Part shown: in pieces, positions 1 to 9,757 of the stretch
How positions within the stretch are numbered: the stretch's first letter is position 1
How the letters are laid out: the number at the start of each line of letters is the position of its first letter
NCBI GenBank assembly: GCA_944371445.1
Contig: CALVXR010000038.1
Coordinates: 1-39,753, forward strand
Direction: 5' to 3'
Length of the DNA: 39,753 nt
From: an uncultured Bacilli bacterium
Lineage (GTDB): Bacteria; Bacillota_I; Bacilli_A; RF39; UBA660
Notes under the pieces: model-generated
Told to the model about the DNA's origin: nothing
What the model saw: only the letters and a program-made list of their open reading frames with translations
Database searches by the model: none
Position numbers and translations under genes: made by a program

Positions 1-1262
1 GTAGTTCTACTTTTTGAGCATGTAGTTTTTTTAGGCTTTCGTAATATTCTCTATTATCATCAAAAATAGTATCTTTTAAATATAAATCTTCTTTTTCAGC
101 AAATACAATATCTAATACATTTTTAAGTCTTTTAAATATAGGTAAATTTTCATCTTCGCCATGAATTAAACTTTCATATACACTTGTATAATACCATTTT
201 TGTTGTTCTTCGCCTCTCTTAAATGCTGAAAAATCTCTTTTTCCACTTTTTTTGAATTTAAGCATTAAGTCTTCTAAATTATTTATCTTATCTGCACAAA
301 TAACTGACTTATTTCTTAAAGGTAATTTTTTAGTTTCTTCAATAGTATGTGCTTTTCTTTCTTCTCAAGATAATGATTTATCTGGCTCTGATGCACCCAT
401 AACTAAGTTTGCAACTTCATTACCAAATTCTCTTTTTTATATCTTCAATGGTATATTTAGTATCTTCTACGACATCGTGTAAATAACCTGCAGCTACTAC
501 TGGTTCGTCATAGCCATATTCTTCTAATAACATGCCTACGCTAATAGGATGTATTATCATAGGTTTATCTGGTTCACTTTTTCTAATTTGTCCCATATGA
601 GCGTTTATTGCAAATAATTTTGCTTTTTCTTTTAAATCCATAATTTCGTTTACCTCCAAATATTTTCTTGTAAACTCCCATTTATTCTTTAAGATTTTTT
701 CAACATCTTGTTTAAATTGTTCATAATCCTTATCATAACAATAATTTTTAGCATAACCATTACCACCATATTTTTTAAGCATATGATTATAAGAACGCTC
801 AACCATTTGACATAAATCTAAATCTTGGTAATGTTTAGTAGTATAAGAATGAGTTCTCTTTAATACAGATTCAATATTAGTTGTTCTATCGGCTGATGAA
901 ATTATCTTACCATAATCACTTCTAGGTTCATATTCTAATGATGCTCTATGATCTTCTATTGCTTCTTTTATAATTATTCTCTGTTTATCATCAAAGAAAT
1001 CTTTCATCTTTTCATTTTCATAAAATAATTTAGCAGATAATATTTCATGTTTGTCTTTATCTATATGGTGTGCTACATCATGAAAAGAAGCGATAGCGTA
1101 CACCATATCAAGATTTATATGAGGAAATTGGTTAGCAAATTCTAAACTTCTTTTAACAACATATTTAATATGCTCAATATCATGACCAGTATCATTTTTT
1201 TCATATATTGGTAATATTTGTTGTTCAATATAATCTTTTAATTTCTTTGTAACGCGCATCAT
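1..1262 (-). pseudogene. Tandem HD-domain phosphohydrolase fusion (HD + RelA/SpoT-hydrolase/Mesh1-like HD), broken by a frameshift and an in-frame TGA; runs off the window edge
   Basis: First domain has H..H and FHD motifs (GHDIEH, FHDVAH, SADR). Second has AHMGQIRK, IIHP and LHDVVEDT. After the A6 run at 433-438 the +1 frame continues EFGNEVANLVMGASEPDKSLS*EERK...ICADKINN to base 1, with TGA at 365-367. Confidence 0.85.
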
Positions 1263-1303
1263 ACAAATCCCCCTAAATCTATTAATATTTTTAATTATTA
1301 TAT

Positions 1304-2110
1304 TTATTGATATATTGCTATTGGAATTACAACAAATGCTGGCCCCATTATTTTATCTTTGATCTCTTTTGGATTAGACATATCTTTTTTAGCCATTTTT
1401 CTTCGTTGTTCTCTATTAATAGCTATTGACTTAACATCTTCAAATATCTCATCTAAACATATACTATTTCCTTTGTCTATTTTCTTTTGAATTTTACATA
1501 ACATATATACTTGTGAAACAAAGTTGTCCTTTGAAGTTTTTAAATAAGTTTTATCTATAGTTCCAATTAAAGGATATTTTTTATCTGCAAAATTGAAAAC
1601 ACATGATAATGAATTGCTATTTCTTGATTCTGATAATCGCTCGAAACCATTTATTACTTCTTTTCCAGCATCGTCAATAACATTATCTCCCAAAAATGGT
1701 TGAACTGCTTCACATAATTGCTTAATACTATTCATAGCATTAGTAACTTCTTCAAATTTTGAAAAACGTGGTGTAACTAAAACTTCAATGAAATCATCCC
1801 TATATATATCATTCCATATTTCTTCATCAATATTTTCATAATACTTTAATTCATCATTTTCTTTTAAATACTTAATAATTTTATCTAATTTGCTTGCATC
1901 ATTAACTCTTGCATTTAATGAAATTTTTTCTTCTTTTTGATTTCCTAAATTACCTTCTGCATTAACTTTTGAAAATCCAACTCCTAGTTTGCCGCCTTTA
2001 TTAGTTGTTGAACTTTGAACGATTTCTTGTTCATCAAAGATATATCCATCAATAATAGAAATATAGTTATCCAACGCCTCTGTATCAGCATATAATATTT
2101 TTCTTAACAT
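1304..2110 (-). CDS. DUF6414-like hypothetical protein
   Basis: 268-aa ORF with GAGGTG RBS. N-terminal ILYADTEALDNYIS, Gly-rich GGKLGVG segment and C-terminal PIAIY resemble DUF6414 (from recall). Confidence 0.6.
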   Translation of the reverse strand: MLRKILYADTEALDNYISIIDGYIFDEQEIVQSSTTNKGGKLGVGFSKVNAEGNLGNQKEEKISLNARVNDASKLDKIIKYLKENDELKYYENIDEEIWNDIYRDDFIEVLVTPRFSKFEEVTNAMNSIKQLCEAVQPFLGDNVIDDAGKEVINGFERLSESRNSNSLSCVFNFADKKYPLIGTIDKTYLKTSKDNFVSQVYMLCKIQKKIDKGNSICLDEIFEDVKSIAINREQRRKMAKKDMSNPKEIKDKIMGPAFVVIPIAIYQ

Positions 2111-2178
2111 TATTGGTCACCTCTAGACAATATTTTATCATATAATTGCATTTTTTTTGAGACATTTTCATAAATTTA

Positions 2179-2187
2179 TGTTAGAAT
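2179..2187 (+). promoter_or_regulatory. Extended -10 promoter (TG-T-TAGAAT)
   Basis: TGTTAGAAT lies in a 27-nt segment (2162-2188) that is 24/27 identical to the promoter region at 5027-5053. Confidence 0.5.
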
Positions 2188-2193
2188 ATTGTT

Positions 2194-2299
2194 AGAAATT
2201 GATATTAAATTATTAATTTCTCATTAGCGAGAAAAAGTTTGAAATAACTTAACCAATCGCTCCATGTGATATTACTGAGTTTATAGCTCAGTTTTTTTT
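2194..2299 (+). ncRNA. Candidate ~105-nt structured small RNA of unknown family
   Basis: Upstream promoter; stems AGAAATT/AATTTCT (2194-2221) and AGCGA/TCGCT (2226-2261); intrinsic terminator; no credible ORF. Confidence 0.4.
2274..2299 (+). terminator. Intrinsic terminator
   Basis: ACTGAGT-ttata-GCTCAGT followed by a T run. Confidence 0.75.
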
Positions 2300-2612
2300 A
2301 TATCTTAAAACCCAACGTAGCTAGCTTGGAGGGTCTACCATTAAACAACTTATAAATTACTTTTATACATTTTAATAATAACAATATTTCAGTATTTATA
2401 AATTATATTTTTTTTAAAGTTTTATATATTCTTTTCTCATAGTCAATATTATATAAAATACTATTTCAATACAAACATCATTCTCATATAACTAATATTT
2501 AATAAATTTATATTTCCCACACTTTTATCAAATAATTTTTAAAATTCATAAATTTTAGGCTTACTATCATTAAAATTATATTATATAATTATTTTATAAA
2601 GAGGTGTTTTAA

Positions 2613-3506
2613 ATGAAAAATTACATAGATCTACACATACATTCAAACTTTTCTGACGGAACTTTATCTCCAAAAGAGATAATCGATGAAGCATTACAAA
2701 ATAAAGTTAAAACTATCGCAATTGCGGACCATGATACAATCGATGCTTATAATGATGAATTATATGAATATGCAAAATCAAAAAATATTAAGATTATAAA
2801 TGCTGTAGAGGTTTCTACAAAAATAAATAAATGTGGCATCCATGTTCTTGGCTATAATTTTGATGTTAAAAATCCAATCTTAAAAGAAAAATTATCTAAA
2901 TTAAGAAATGCAAGACATGACTATCTATATAATGTAGCTAAGAAATTAGATGAACTTAGTTTTTACGTAAATGTAGATGAATTAGATAAAATAAAATCTG
3001 TTACAAAAGCACATATTGCACTAGATGTTATTAATAACATTAATAATAAAGGTACACTTATAAAAACATTTAATCATATTCCAACTAAAGGAGAATTCAT
3101 TGAAACTATTATGAATGAAGGTTGCCCAGCTTATGTAAAAAAAGAAACAATAACTCCTAAAGAAGCCGTATCTTTAATAAAAGAAGCAGGTGGAAAAGCT
3201 ATATTAGCTCATCCAGTTGCATAAAAGCACGAAGATAATTTAAGTGATGAAGAAATAGAATATTTAATACAAAATATGAAAGCAGATGGAATAGAATCAA
3301 ACTATATATATATTAATAAAAATAATCAAAAAATAAAAGAGTGCGAAAAATGGAATGAATTTGCCAAAGAAAGAAATTTAATTACTACAATAGGATCAGA
3401 TTTTCACTCTAAAGATAATATACATCCAGAAATAGGATTAATAAATGAGGATTTAAACTTAACTAATGAGGAATTAGAAACCATAATAAAAAATATACTT
3501 ACTTAA
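2613..3506 (+). pseudogene. PHP-domain phosphoesterase (TrpH/YciV-like) with one in-frame TAA
   Basis: DLHIHS, ADHD, HVLGY, AHP and GSDFH motifs. The two ORFs (2613..3224, 3276..3506) are in the same frame and only the TAA at 3222-3224 interrupts them. Confidence 0.85.
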
Positions 3507-3528
3507 TTGTAGGTATATTTTTTTGAGA

Positions 3529-4329
3529 TTATTCTCTAGATACCGGTATAAAACTTTCAGCTAATTTATATTTATCCCTATTATGAATATATAAATAACC
3601 TATTATAGAAAATACAACAGCTCCTATAAAATTAACTATTAGATCCTTCATTGTATCTATTATTCCAATATCTAAATATCCATCATTTATTTTTATATCC
3701 TTTAGCTTTCCATCATCTTTATAATAAATTTTAGTATATTCGATATTATCTATTTTAACTGGTACATTTTTATTATCTGGGTTAATCTTTACAGTAGATA
3801 TATTATTTACAATTCTATCTTTTTGCATATCTAATCTAAAAAAGCTATCACAACCAAATTCAAAAAACTCCCACAAAACACCTATAGTCATTGAAAAACA
3901 AAATGCTACTAAAGCAACAAATATTGGTGTTAAACTTATATGAAGTCTTTTAGATCTATTTAATATATCAATAAGTGAAAAACCTATTGCTGCACACAAG
4001 AAACCATTTAGTGTGTGAAGGATTGTATCCCACTGTTTAAATATACCATAAAAATTTTGAATTTCCCCTAATATCTCAGCTGAGAATATAAATAATAAAA
4101 TAATAATTTCTAAGGGTGTAGGAAGGTCTATTTTAAATTTTTTGTCAATGATAAACGGTATAAAAAATAATATTAAAGTCAAAAAGCATAAAAATACTGC
4201 TTGAAAGTTTCCATGCAAAAATTGAAATATCATAGTAATAATTACTAAAAACCTCAAAATTAAATATACTGTAAGTGTTTTTTTATCAGCATCTTTAAGT
4301 AATTTCTTAATATTTTTTTTCATATTCAT
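3529..4329 (-). CDS. Integral membrane protein (DUF2238-like)
   Basis: Several hydrophobic helices; WDTILH, GVLWEFFEF and DTMKDL motifs. Confidence 0.65.
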   Translation of the reverse strand: MNMKKNIKKLLKDADKKTLTVYLILRFLVIITMIFQFLHGNFQAVFLCFLTLILFFIPFIIDKKFKIDLPTPLEIIILLFIFSAEILGEIQNFYGIFKQWDTILHTLNGFLCAAIGFSLIDILNRSKRLHISLTPIFVALVAFCFSMTIGVLWEFFEFGCDSFFRLDMQKDRIVNNISTVKINPDNKNVPVKIDNIEYTKIYYKDDGKLKDIKINDGYLDIGIIDTMKDLIVNFIGAVVFSIIGYLYIHNRDKYKLAESFIPVSRE

Positions 4330-4340
4330 AACCTACTTTT

Positions 4341-4997
4341 CTATCTAATGTTTTCACTTTTCATAATAAATTTAATATCTTCTATTGCTTTATCCATATT
4401 AAATCTACCATTTCCTACAGGATAATATACTGGATAAAATTTATATTCTTTGTTATTTATTTTTTTTATGAAACATTTTTTTCTACAATTTGATATAGAT
4501 ATTTTTTCGTTTAAAACTATACTACTAACTTGATTTCCAAATAAAATTATTAGTTTAGGATTTACTATTTCTATTTCTTTTTCAAAGAGTTTTAAATATT
4601 TTTTAAATACATTATCATCTAAACTTCTAGCATCAACTTGTGTACATTTAGCTAGATTAGTAATAAAAAATTTATATTTTTTTACATTTTCATATACTTC
4701 TAAAGCGAAAGATTCAGTCCACTCCTTACCTTTTATTGATTTTATTTTTAAATATAAACATTCATCAATTAAATTTAGTTTATAAAAAATATCCCAAACA
4801 TTTTTAGTACCAATCCAAGGTGATTTAAGTCCTTTCCAGCTCTTATTTGACGCTATATTTCTTCTAGTAGGATTCATAAAAACAAAACATATATCAGGGT
4901 TTTCACTAAATCCTCCGTTATAAATAGAATCTAAGCTTTTATCACCATATTTTAACTGAAGTTTATCATATTCTCTATTCAAATCTTCTAAATTCAT
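4341..4997 (-). CDS. Uracil-DNA glycosylase superfamily protein
   Basis: FVFMNP, ITNLAKC, EIEIVNPKLIILFG and YYP motifs fit the UDG fold; no 4-Cys Fe-S pattern. Confidence 0.7.
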   Translation of the reverse strand: MNLEDLNREYDKLQLKYGDKSLDSIYNGGFSENPDICFVFMNPTRRNIASNKSWKGLKSPWIGTKNVWDIFYKLNLIDECLYLKIKSIKGKEWTESFALEVYENVKKYKFFITNLAKCTQVDARSLDDNVFKKYLKLFEKEIEIVNPKLIILFGNQVSSIVLNEKISISNCRKKCFIKKINNKEYKFYPVYYPVGNGRFNMDKAIEDIKFIMKSENIR

Positions 4998-5074
4998 AAC
5001 TCACCAACTTATATCAAAATTATAACACATTTTCAATAATTTATGTTAAAATAAAAATCACAGGAGGTTTATTT

Positions 5075-5554
5075 ATGTTTAGAACAAATGATATTTATTA
5101 TAAAGTAGGAAAAGGATTAGTAGCTCATGATTACTATCAAAAAGATATTAACACCCAAAAAGAATTAATTGAACTAGAAATAAAAAAATATATTATAAGT
5201 AAATTAGAAGAGCTTAATTTAAAAGCATCCATGAAACTATCTATCTATGAACTAATTAATCTTTTAAATCAAAGAATTGATGCTAAAGATAAAGAGAAAA
5301 TTTTGCCGCATTTTACTCATTGTATTTTAAATTTAATTAGCGATAAACAAAATTATAGTGTAACTTGGTATGTTGAAGATGACGAGTCACTAAAAGAAAA
5401 TCCAGTATTAAATTTTAATGAAAATAATTTATGTGATAAATTAATAACTCATATAAATATTGACTATGTTAAAGTCTTTGGCTTTGTTTATTATACATTT
5501 AAAGATAAAATGTTTTTAAAGGAGAAACAAAAAAAATTAGCTAGTGATAGTTAA
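5075..5554 (+). CDS. Hypothetical protein
   Basis: 159-aa ORF, AGGAGG RBS, extended -10 TGTTAAAAT upstream; no motif recognised. Confidence 0.75.
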   Translation: MFRTNDIYYKVGKGLVAHDYYQKDINTQKELIELEIKKYIISKLEELNLKASMKLSIYELINLLNQRIDAKDKEKILPHFTHCILNLISDKQNYSVTWYVEDDESLKENPVLNFNENNLCDKLITHINIDYVKVFGFVYYTFKDKMFLKEKQKKLASDS

Positions 5555-5561
5555 TTTTTTA

Positions 5562-6350
5562 TTATGCTAATTCTTTTTTATTATATTTACAAGTACTTAA
5601 TACAATTAAAATAGAACTTAATATAACAAAAATAAAAACATTTATTATATTAAAAGAACTTTTCTCAATTATCTTTCTAACGTCCACTAAAGTATATAGT
5701 GAAAAATATTTTATAAATTCTATTTTAGATGATATATTAGCAAATGTACAAATAAAATAATTTAAAAATACTAAAGATATTGCTATACCAATAGTTTGCT
5801 TAGTTTTAGTAAAATATGTTGATATAAATATATTTAATAAAAATAGAATTATTGCTGGTAAAACAGGAGCTAGTGTAAGTAATACTATAATTTCAAAATC
5901 AAACGAATCACAAAGTTTTAATCCAATTAATGAAGTTATCATAACTATTATAGCCATTATTAAAATATTACATATTCCAACTATTATTTTAGATATCAAT
6001 ATTTTATTTCTAGATACTGGTTTAGAATATAAAAATTCTATAGTTTTGTCATTTTCTTCTTTAAGTAAAATATTAGAACCTAATATTGAGGCGTATAATC
6101 CATAAATTAAAAGTAAAAATATATTTCCTTCTGTTTTAAACCAACCAAGTGCAGTTGAAATATCAGCAATATCCATATTAAATGCTTTACTAACATCTTT
6201 AGGAAAAATAGCAAGTAATTCTTCTAATGATTTAGAATTATCTACAATAATATGTGGATAAAGTAAAAATACTAAACTAAATATAACTATTAATACAAAT
6301 GTCCATATAATTAAAGATTTAAAGTTTATTTTTAATTCTCTTTTTATCAT
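5562..6350 (-). CDS. ABC-2 type transporter permease
   Basis: Multiple TM helices; KEENDKTIEFLYSKPVSR motif; overlaps the ATPase stop. Confidence 0.9.
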   Translation of the reverse strand: MIKRELKINFKSLIIWTFVLIVIFSLVFLLYPHIIVDNSKSLEELLAIFPKDVSKAFNMDIADISTALGWFKTEGNIFLLLIYGLYASILGSNILLKEENDKTIEFLYSKPVSRNKILISKIIVGICNILIMAIIVMITSLIGLKLCDSFDFEIIVLLTLAPVLPAIILFLLNIFISTYFTKTKQTIGIAISLVFLNYFICTFANISSKIEFIKYFSLYTLVDVRKIIEKSSFNIINVFIFVILSSILIVLSTCKYNKKELA

Positions 6351-7204
6351 AAATTCTCCGAATAATAATTTAGAAATACATCTTCAAGTTCCATTTCTTC
6401 TATTAATAATTCATCTATTTTATATTTACTAAGTATCATTAATAAATCATTTATATTTTTATCATATAAAAATTTATTTCCTTCTTCTTTTATTGATAAT
6501 TCATCTTTTATTTCTTCTAAACTATTTGATTTTATAGTTACAAAAATACTATGCTTATCTATTATATTTTCTATTTTATCTTTTTTTAATATCTTACCAT
6601 CTTTTAAAAGTGCCACTGAATCGCATACTTTTTTTACTTCACTTAAAATATGTGTTGAGAAAAATATTGTTTTACCTCTTTCTTTTTCTTTTTTTAATAA
6701 CATATAAAACTTTTCTTGTATAAGAGGATCTAGTCCACTTGTTGGCTCATCCAAAATAATAAGCTCTGGATTATGCATAAGTGCTAAAACAATTCCTAAT
6801 TTTTTCAAATTTCCTAATGATAAATCTTCTACTTTTTTATCTAAATCTAGTTCTAAATAATTTGCTAATTCTAATGCTTTATCTAGAGTATTAAATGAAT
6901 AAAAAGAATCTGAATATTTAATCATATCTATTACTTTATAATCCGTATATAAATGAACTTCACTTGGTAAATACCCAATCATTTCCTTGATTTTATAATT
7001 ATCTTTAGTTACTAATTCTTTATCAATATATATTTTTCCACTTGTTTTATTTATTTGATTCATTATACATTTTATGGTTGTACTTTTTCCAGCACCATTA
7101 GGGCCAATAAAACCAAATATTTCACCTTTTTTTACTTCTAATGATAAGTTATCCACTGCTTTTAGATTACCATAATATTTAGTTAAATTTTCTATTTTTA
7201 GCAT
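6347..7204 (-). CDS. ABC transporter ATP-binding protein
   Basis: Walker A GPNGAGKST, LSLGN signature, Walker B IILDEP, H-loop STH. Confidence 0.95.
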   Translation of the reverse strand: MLKIENLTKYYGNLKAVDNLSLEVKKGEIFGFIGPNGAGKSTTIKCIMNQINKTSGKIYIDKELVTKDNYKIKEMIGYLPSEVHLYTDYKVIDMIKYSDSFYSFNTLDKALELANYLELDLDKKVEDLSLGNLKKLGIVLALMHNPELIILDEPTSGLDPLIQEKFYMLLKKEKERGKTIFFSTHILSEVKKVCDSVALLKDGKILKKDKIENIIDKHSIFVTIKSNSLEEIKDELSIKEEGNKFLYDKNINDLLMILSKYKIDELLIEEMELEDVFLNYYSENL

Positions 7205-7208
7205 TATT

Positions 7209-8108
7209 TCACCTTCTCACATATTTATCTAAAAATTCATCTAAAATTTTTTTATATTTTTGGTTGTCTTTAATAAATGCTTCTTCATAATTTCCCTCTA
7301 AATAATAGACTTCTTTTTCACTAGTACATAATTTATACAATTCTTCAGTCATATATGGTGATATAAAATCATCGTCTTTAGCATGAATAAATAATGTTGG
7401 ATATTTTGATTTTTTCATAAGTTCTAAAACACTTAATTCTTTTAAAGATTTTTTAAACTTTAATCTATATATTAAATTAATACAAAACATCATAGGCAAT
7501 GTTAAAATTCCTAATCTTAAATGTAATTGATATTCAAAAATATCATAAGCACTAGTATATGAACTATCTGCAATTATACATTTTATATTTGAATTAATTT
7601 TATATTTATTAATAAGTAATGATGAAAATGCACCTATTGACATTCCATGCAAAATTATTTTAGAATTTGGATAATTTTTCTGAATATACAAAATAAAACT
7701 TACTATATCATTACTTTCATTATAGCCAAAAGTTACATATCTTCTTTTATTATTTAAAATTAATACATTATAATTTTTTTGAACATAATAACTAGATATG
7801 AACATCATACTTTTAGCATCCTCTAAATATCCAGGTGAAAGAATTGCCCATTTATTACTTTTATTTTTAATATATATTGCCTCTATATTGACATTATCTT
7901 TACCTTTTATTGCTACCTCTTCTAAATTATATTTTTCTCTTAATTTTTTATAAATTCTTTCTTCTTCACTTCTTTTAGTAATGTATTCGTCATAATCCCA
8001 AATTGATAAATTTTTAATATCTATTTTATTTTTATCAATTACCATACTTAATATAAAATATGATAAATAAAGCCATAAAATAATTATTAATATAAAAAAT
8101 ATACTCAA
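7209..8108 (-). CDS. Membrane-anchored alpha/beta hydrolase (YqkD-like)
   Basis: N-terminal TM helix, GMSIG nucleophile elbow, PTLFIHAKDD; TTG start with AGGTGG RBS. Confidence 0.8.
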   Translation of the reverse strand: MSIFFILIIILWLYLSYFILSMVIDKNKIDIKNLSIWDYDEYITKRSEEERIYKKLREKYNLEEVAIKGKDNVNIEAIYIKNKSNKWAILSPGYLEDAKSMMFISSYYVQKNYNVLILNNKRRYVTFGYNESNDIVSFILYIQKNYPNSKIILHGMSIGAFSSLLINKYKINSNIKCIIADSSYTSAYDIFEYQLHLRLGILTLPMMFCINLIYRLKFKKSLKELSVLELMKKSKYPTLFIHAKDDDFISPYMTEELYKLCTSEKEVYYLEGNYEEAFIKDNQKYKKILDEFLDKYVRR

Positions 8109-8141
8109 ACTACCACCTACTTCTTAAACAAAAACGAGCGA

Positions 8142-8684
8142 TTATACGCTCATTAATTCTTCTTCTTTTTGTTTTAATTTTTCATCAACTATTTTATTAT
8201 ATTTTTGAATTAGTTCTTGAACGTCATCCATTGAAGCCTTTTTATCATCCTCTGTTATTTCTAATTTTTTGATACTATTATTTGCATCTTGTCTTTGATT
8301 ACGTAAAGCTATTTTACATTCTTCAGCAATTTTTTTTACATCTTTTACATACTCTCTTCTAGTTTCTTCTGTTAAAGCTGGTATATTTAAAATTATCATT
8401 TCTCCATTATTATTTGGAGTAAGTCCAATATTTGATTCAAATATTGCTTTTTCAATAGTACCTATTATTGATTTATCAAATGGCTTAATACATAATTGTC
8501 TAGCTTCTGGAATAGAAATATTCGCAAGTGATTTTAAAGGAGTTTCTACTCCATAATAAGACACCATTACTTTATCAAGTATTGCTGGATTTGCTCTTCC
8601 TGCTCTAACATTTGAAAATCTTCTTTCCATAGTTTCAATAGAACATTTCATTTCTTCTTCTGTTAATTCTAATATATCATTCAT
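8142..8684 (-). CDS. frr: Ribosome recycling factor
   Basis: RAGRANPAILD, YYG, PALTEETR motifs; 180 aa. Confidence 0.98.
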   Translation of the reverse strand: MNDILELTEEEMKCSIETMERRFSNVRAGRANPAILDKVMVSYYGVETPLKSLANISIPEARQLCIKPFDKSIIGTIEKAIFESNIGLTPNNNGEMIILNIPALTEETRREYVKDVKKIAEECKIALRNQRQDANNSIKKLEITEDDKKASMDDVQELIQKYNKIVDEKLKQKEEELMSV

Positions 8685-8786
8685 ACTTATTTATTCATCC
8701 TTTCATTTATATTATTATAATATATTTATTTTATTTATTCAATATTATAAATAATAGTTTTATATTATTTTCATATAATTTATTAG

Positions 8787-9437
8787 GTGAAGCATATGAG
8801 AAAATTAGTTATTGTTTTTATTTTATTATGCTTACTTAAGGGAGATGAAATAATGGGGTTTTATGAAAATATTAATATTATTGAAAATCCTAATGATATA
8901 GATGTACTAGTTAATAAAAATAACAAACTTGATAAAAACTATGTCCCCTATGATTTAGAAAAAATATCTATTTTATATTCTAATGATGATAAATATTTAA
9001 GGAAAGAAGCGAAAGAAGCTTTTGAAAATCTTAGTATGGAAGCTAAAAGAAAAGGATTTAGAGTGGTTGCTACATCTACTTATAGAAGTTATGATTACCA
9101 AGAAAAACTATATAATCATTATGTAGATGAATATGGTTTAGAATATGCTGATAATTGTAGTGCTAGAAAAGGTCATTCTGAACATCAAACTGGTCTTGCA
9201 GTTGATGTAGAAGGAACAGAAAATGATTATAATGACTTTGAAAATACTAAAGATTTTATTTGGATGAAAGATAATGCTCACAAATATGGATTTATTTTAA
9301 GATATCCTAAAGATAAAACGCATATTACTGGATTTAAATATGAACCTTGGCATTATAGATATGTAGGAAAAGAAATTGCAACTTATATCTATGAACATAA
9401 TTTATGTCTAGAAGAATATAAAAAAATTAGTAATTAA
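8787..9437 (+). CDS. M15B D-Ala-D-Ala carboxypeptidase (VanY/YodJ-like)
   Basis: STYRS, SARKGHSEHQTGLAVD and YEPWH zinc motifs; N-terminal hydrophobic segment. True start is probably ATG 8796. Confidence 0.92.
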   Translation: MKHMRKLVIVFILLCLLKGDEIMGFYENINIIENPNDIDVLVNKNNKLDKNYVPYDLEKISILYSNDDKYLRKEAKEAFENLSMEAKRKGFRVVATSTYRSYDYQEKLYNHYVDEYGLEYADNCSARKGHSEHQTGLAVDVEGTENDYNDFENTKDFIWMKDNAHKYGFILRYPKDKTHITGFKYEPWHYRYVGKEIATYIYEHNLCLEEYKKISN

Positions 9438-9520
9438 ACTAATTTTTTTTAAACAAAAGGTCTAGCATCACCTTTAATACGATAGCGAATAGAATTAGTA
9501 ATTGGCCATATAAAAACTTT

Positions 9521-9673
9521 TTATGTCATTGCCTTCATAATTACCTGATTTTTTATTTTATTAGAAAAGGGCTCAATTTTAGTAATATAATTATCAAAAT
9601 AAAAATAAATTATTATTAATACAATAAAAAAAACGAGAACTAGACTACCTATTATTAATACTTTCTTTTTCAT
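9521..9673 (-). CDS. Unlisted 50-aa membrane-anchored small protein or truncated gene
   Basis: MKKKVLIIGSLVLVFFIVLIIIYFYFDNYITKIEPFSNKIKNQVIMKAMT*; AGGTG RBS; TTTACA(9719-24)-17-TACTAT(9696-9701) promoter. Confidence 0.6.
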   Translation of the reverse strand: MKKKVLIIGSLVLVFFIVLIIIYFYFDNYITKIEPFSNKIKNQVIMKAMT

Positions 9674-9757
9674 AAAACGTACACCTATTTTATTAATAGT
9701 AGCATATATATTTTATGATGTAAATAATAATATACTCTCTAGTCTAAAATTATCGTT

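Noticed and set aside
365-367. TGA at a conserved Trp suggesting genetic code 4
   Set aside because: Trp is TGG throughout intact genes and TGA ends genes at 7209, 29588 and 36816. The gene is also frameshifted.
432-438. A-AAA-AAG slippery site as a programmed -1 frameshift
   Set aside because: The downstream domain is in the +1 frame, and a TGA follows anyway.
2305-2360. Purine, preQ1 or c-di-GMP riboswitch (TCTACC, CTAGCT)
   Set aside because: Only isolated words match; the required stems and loop motifs are absent.
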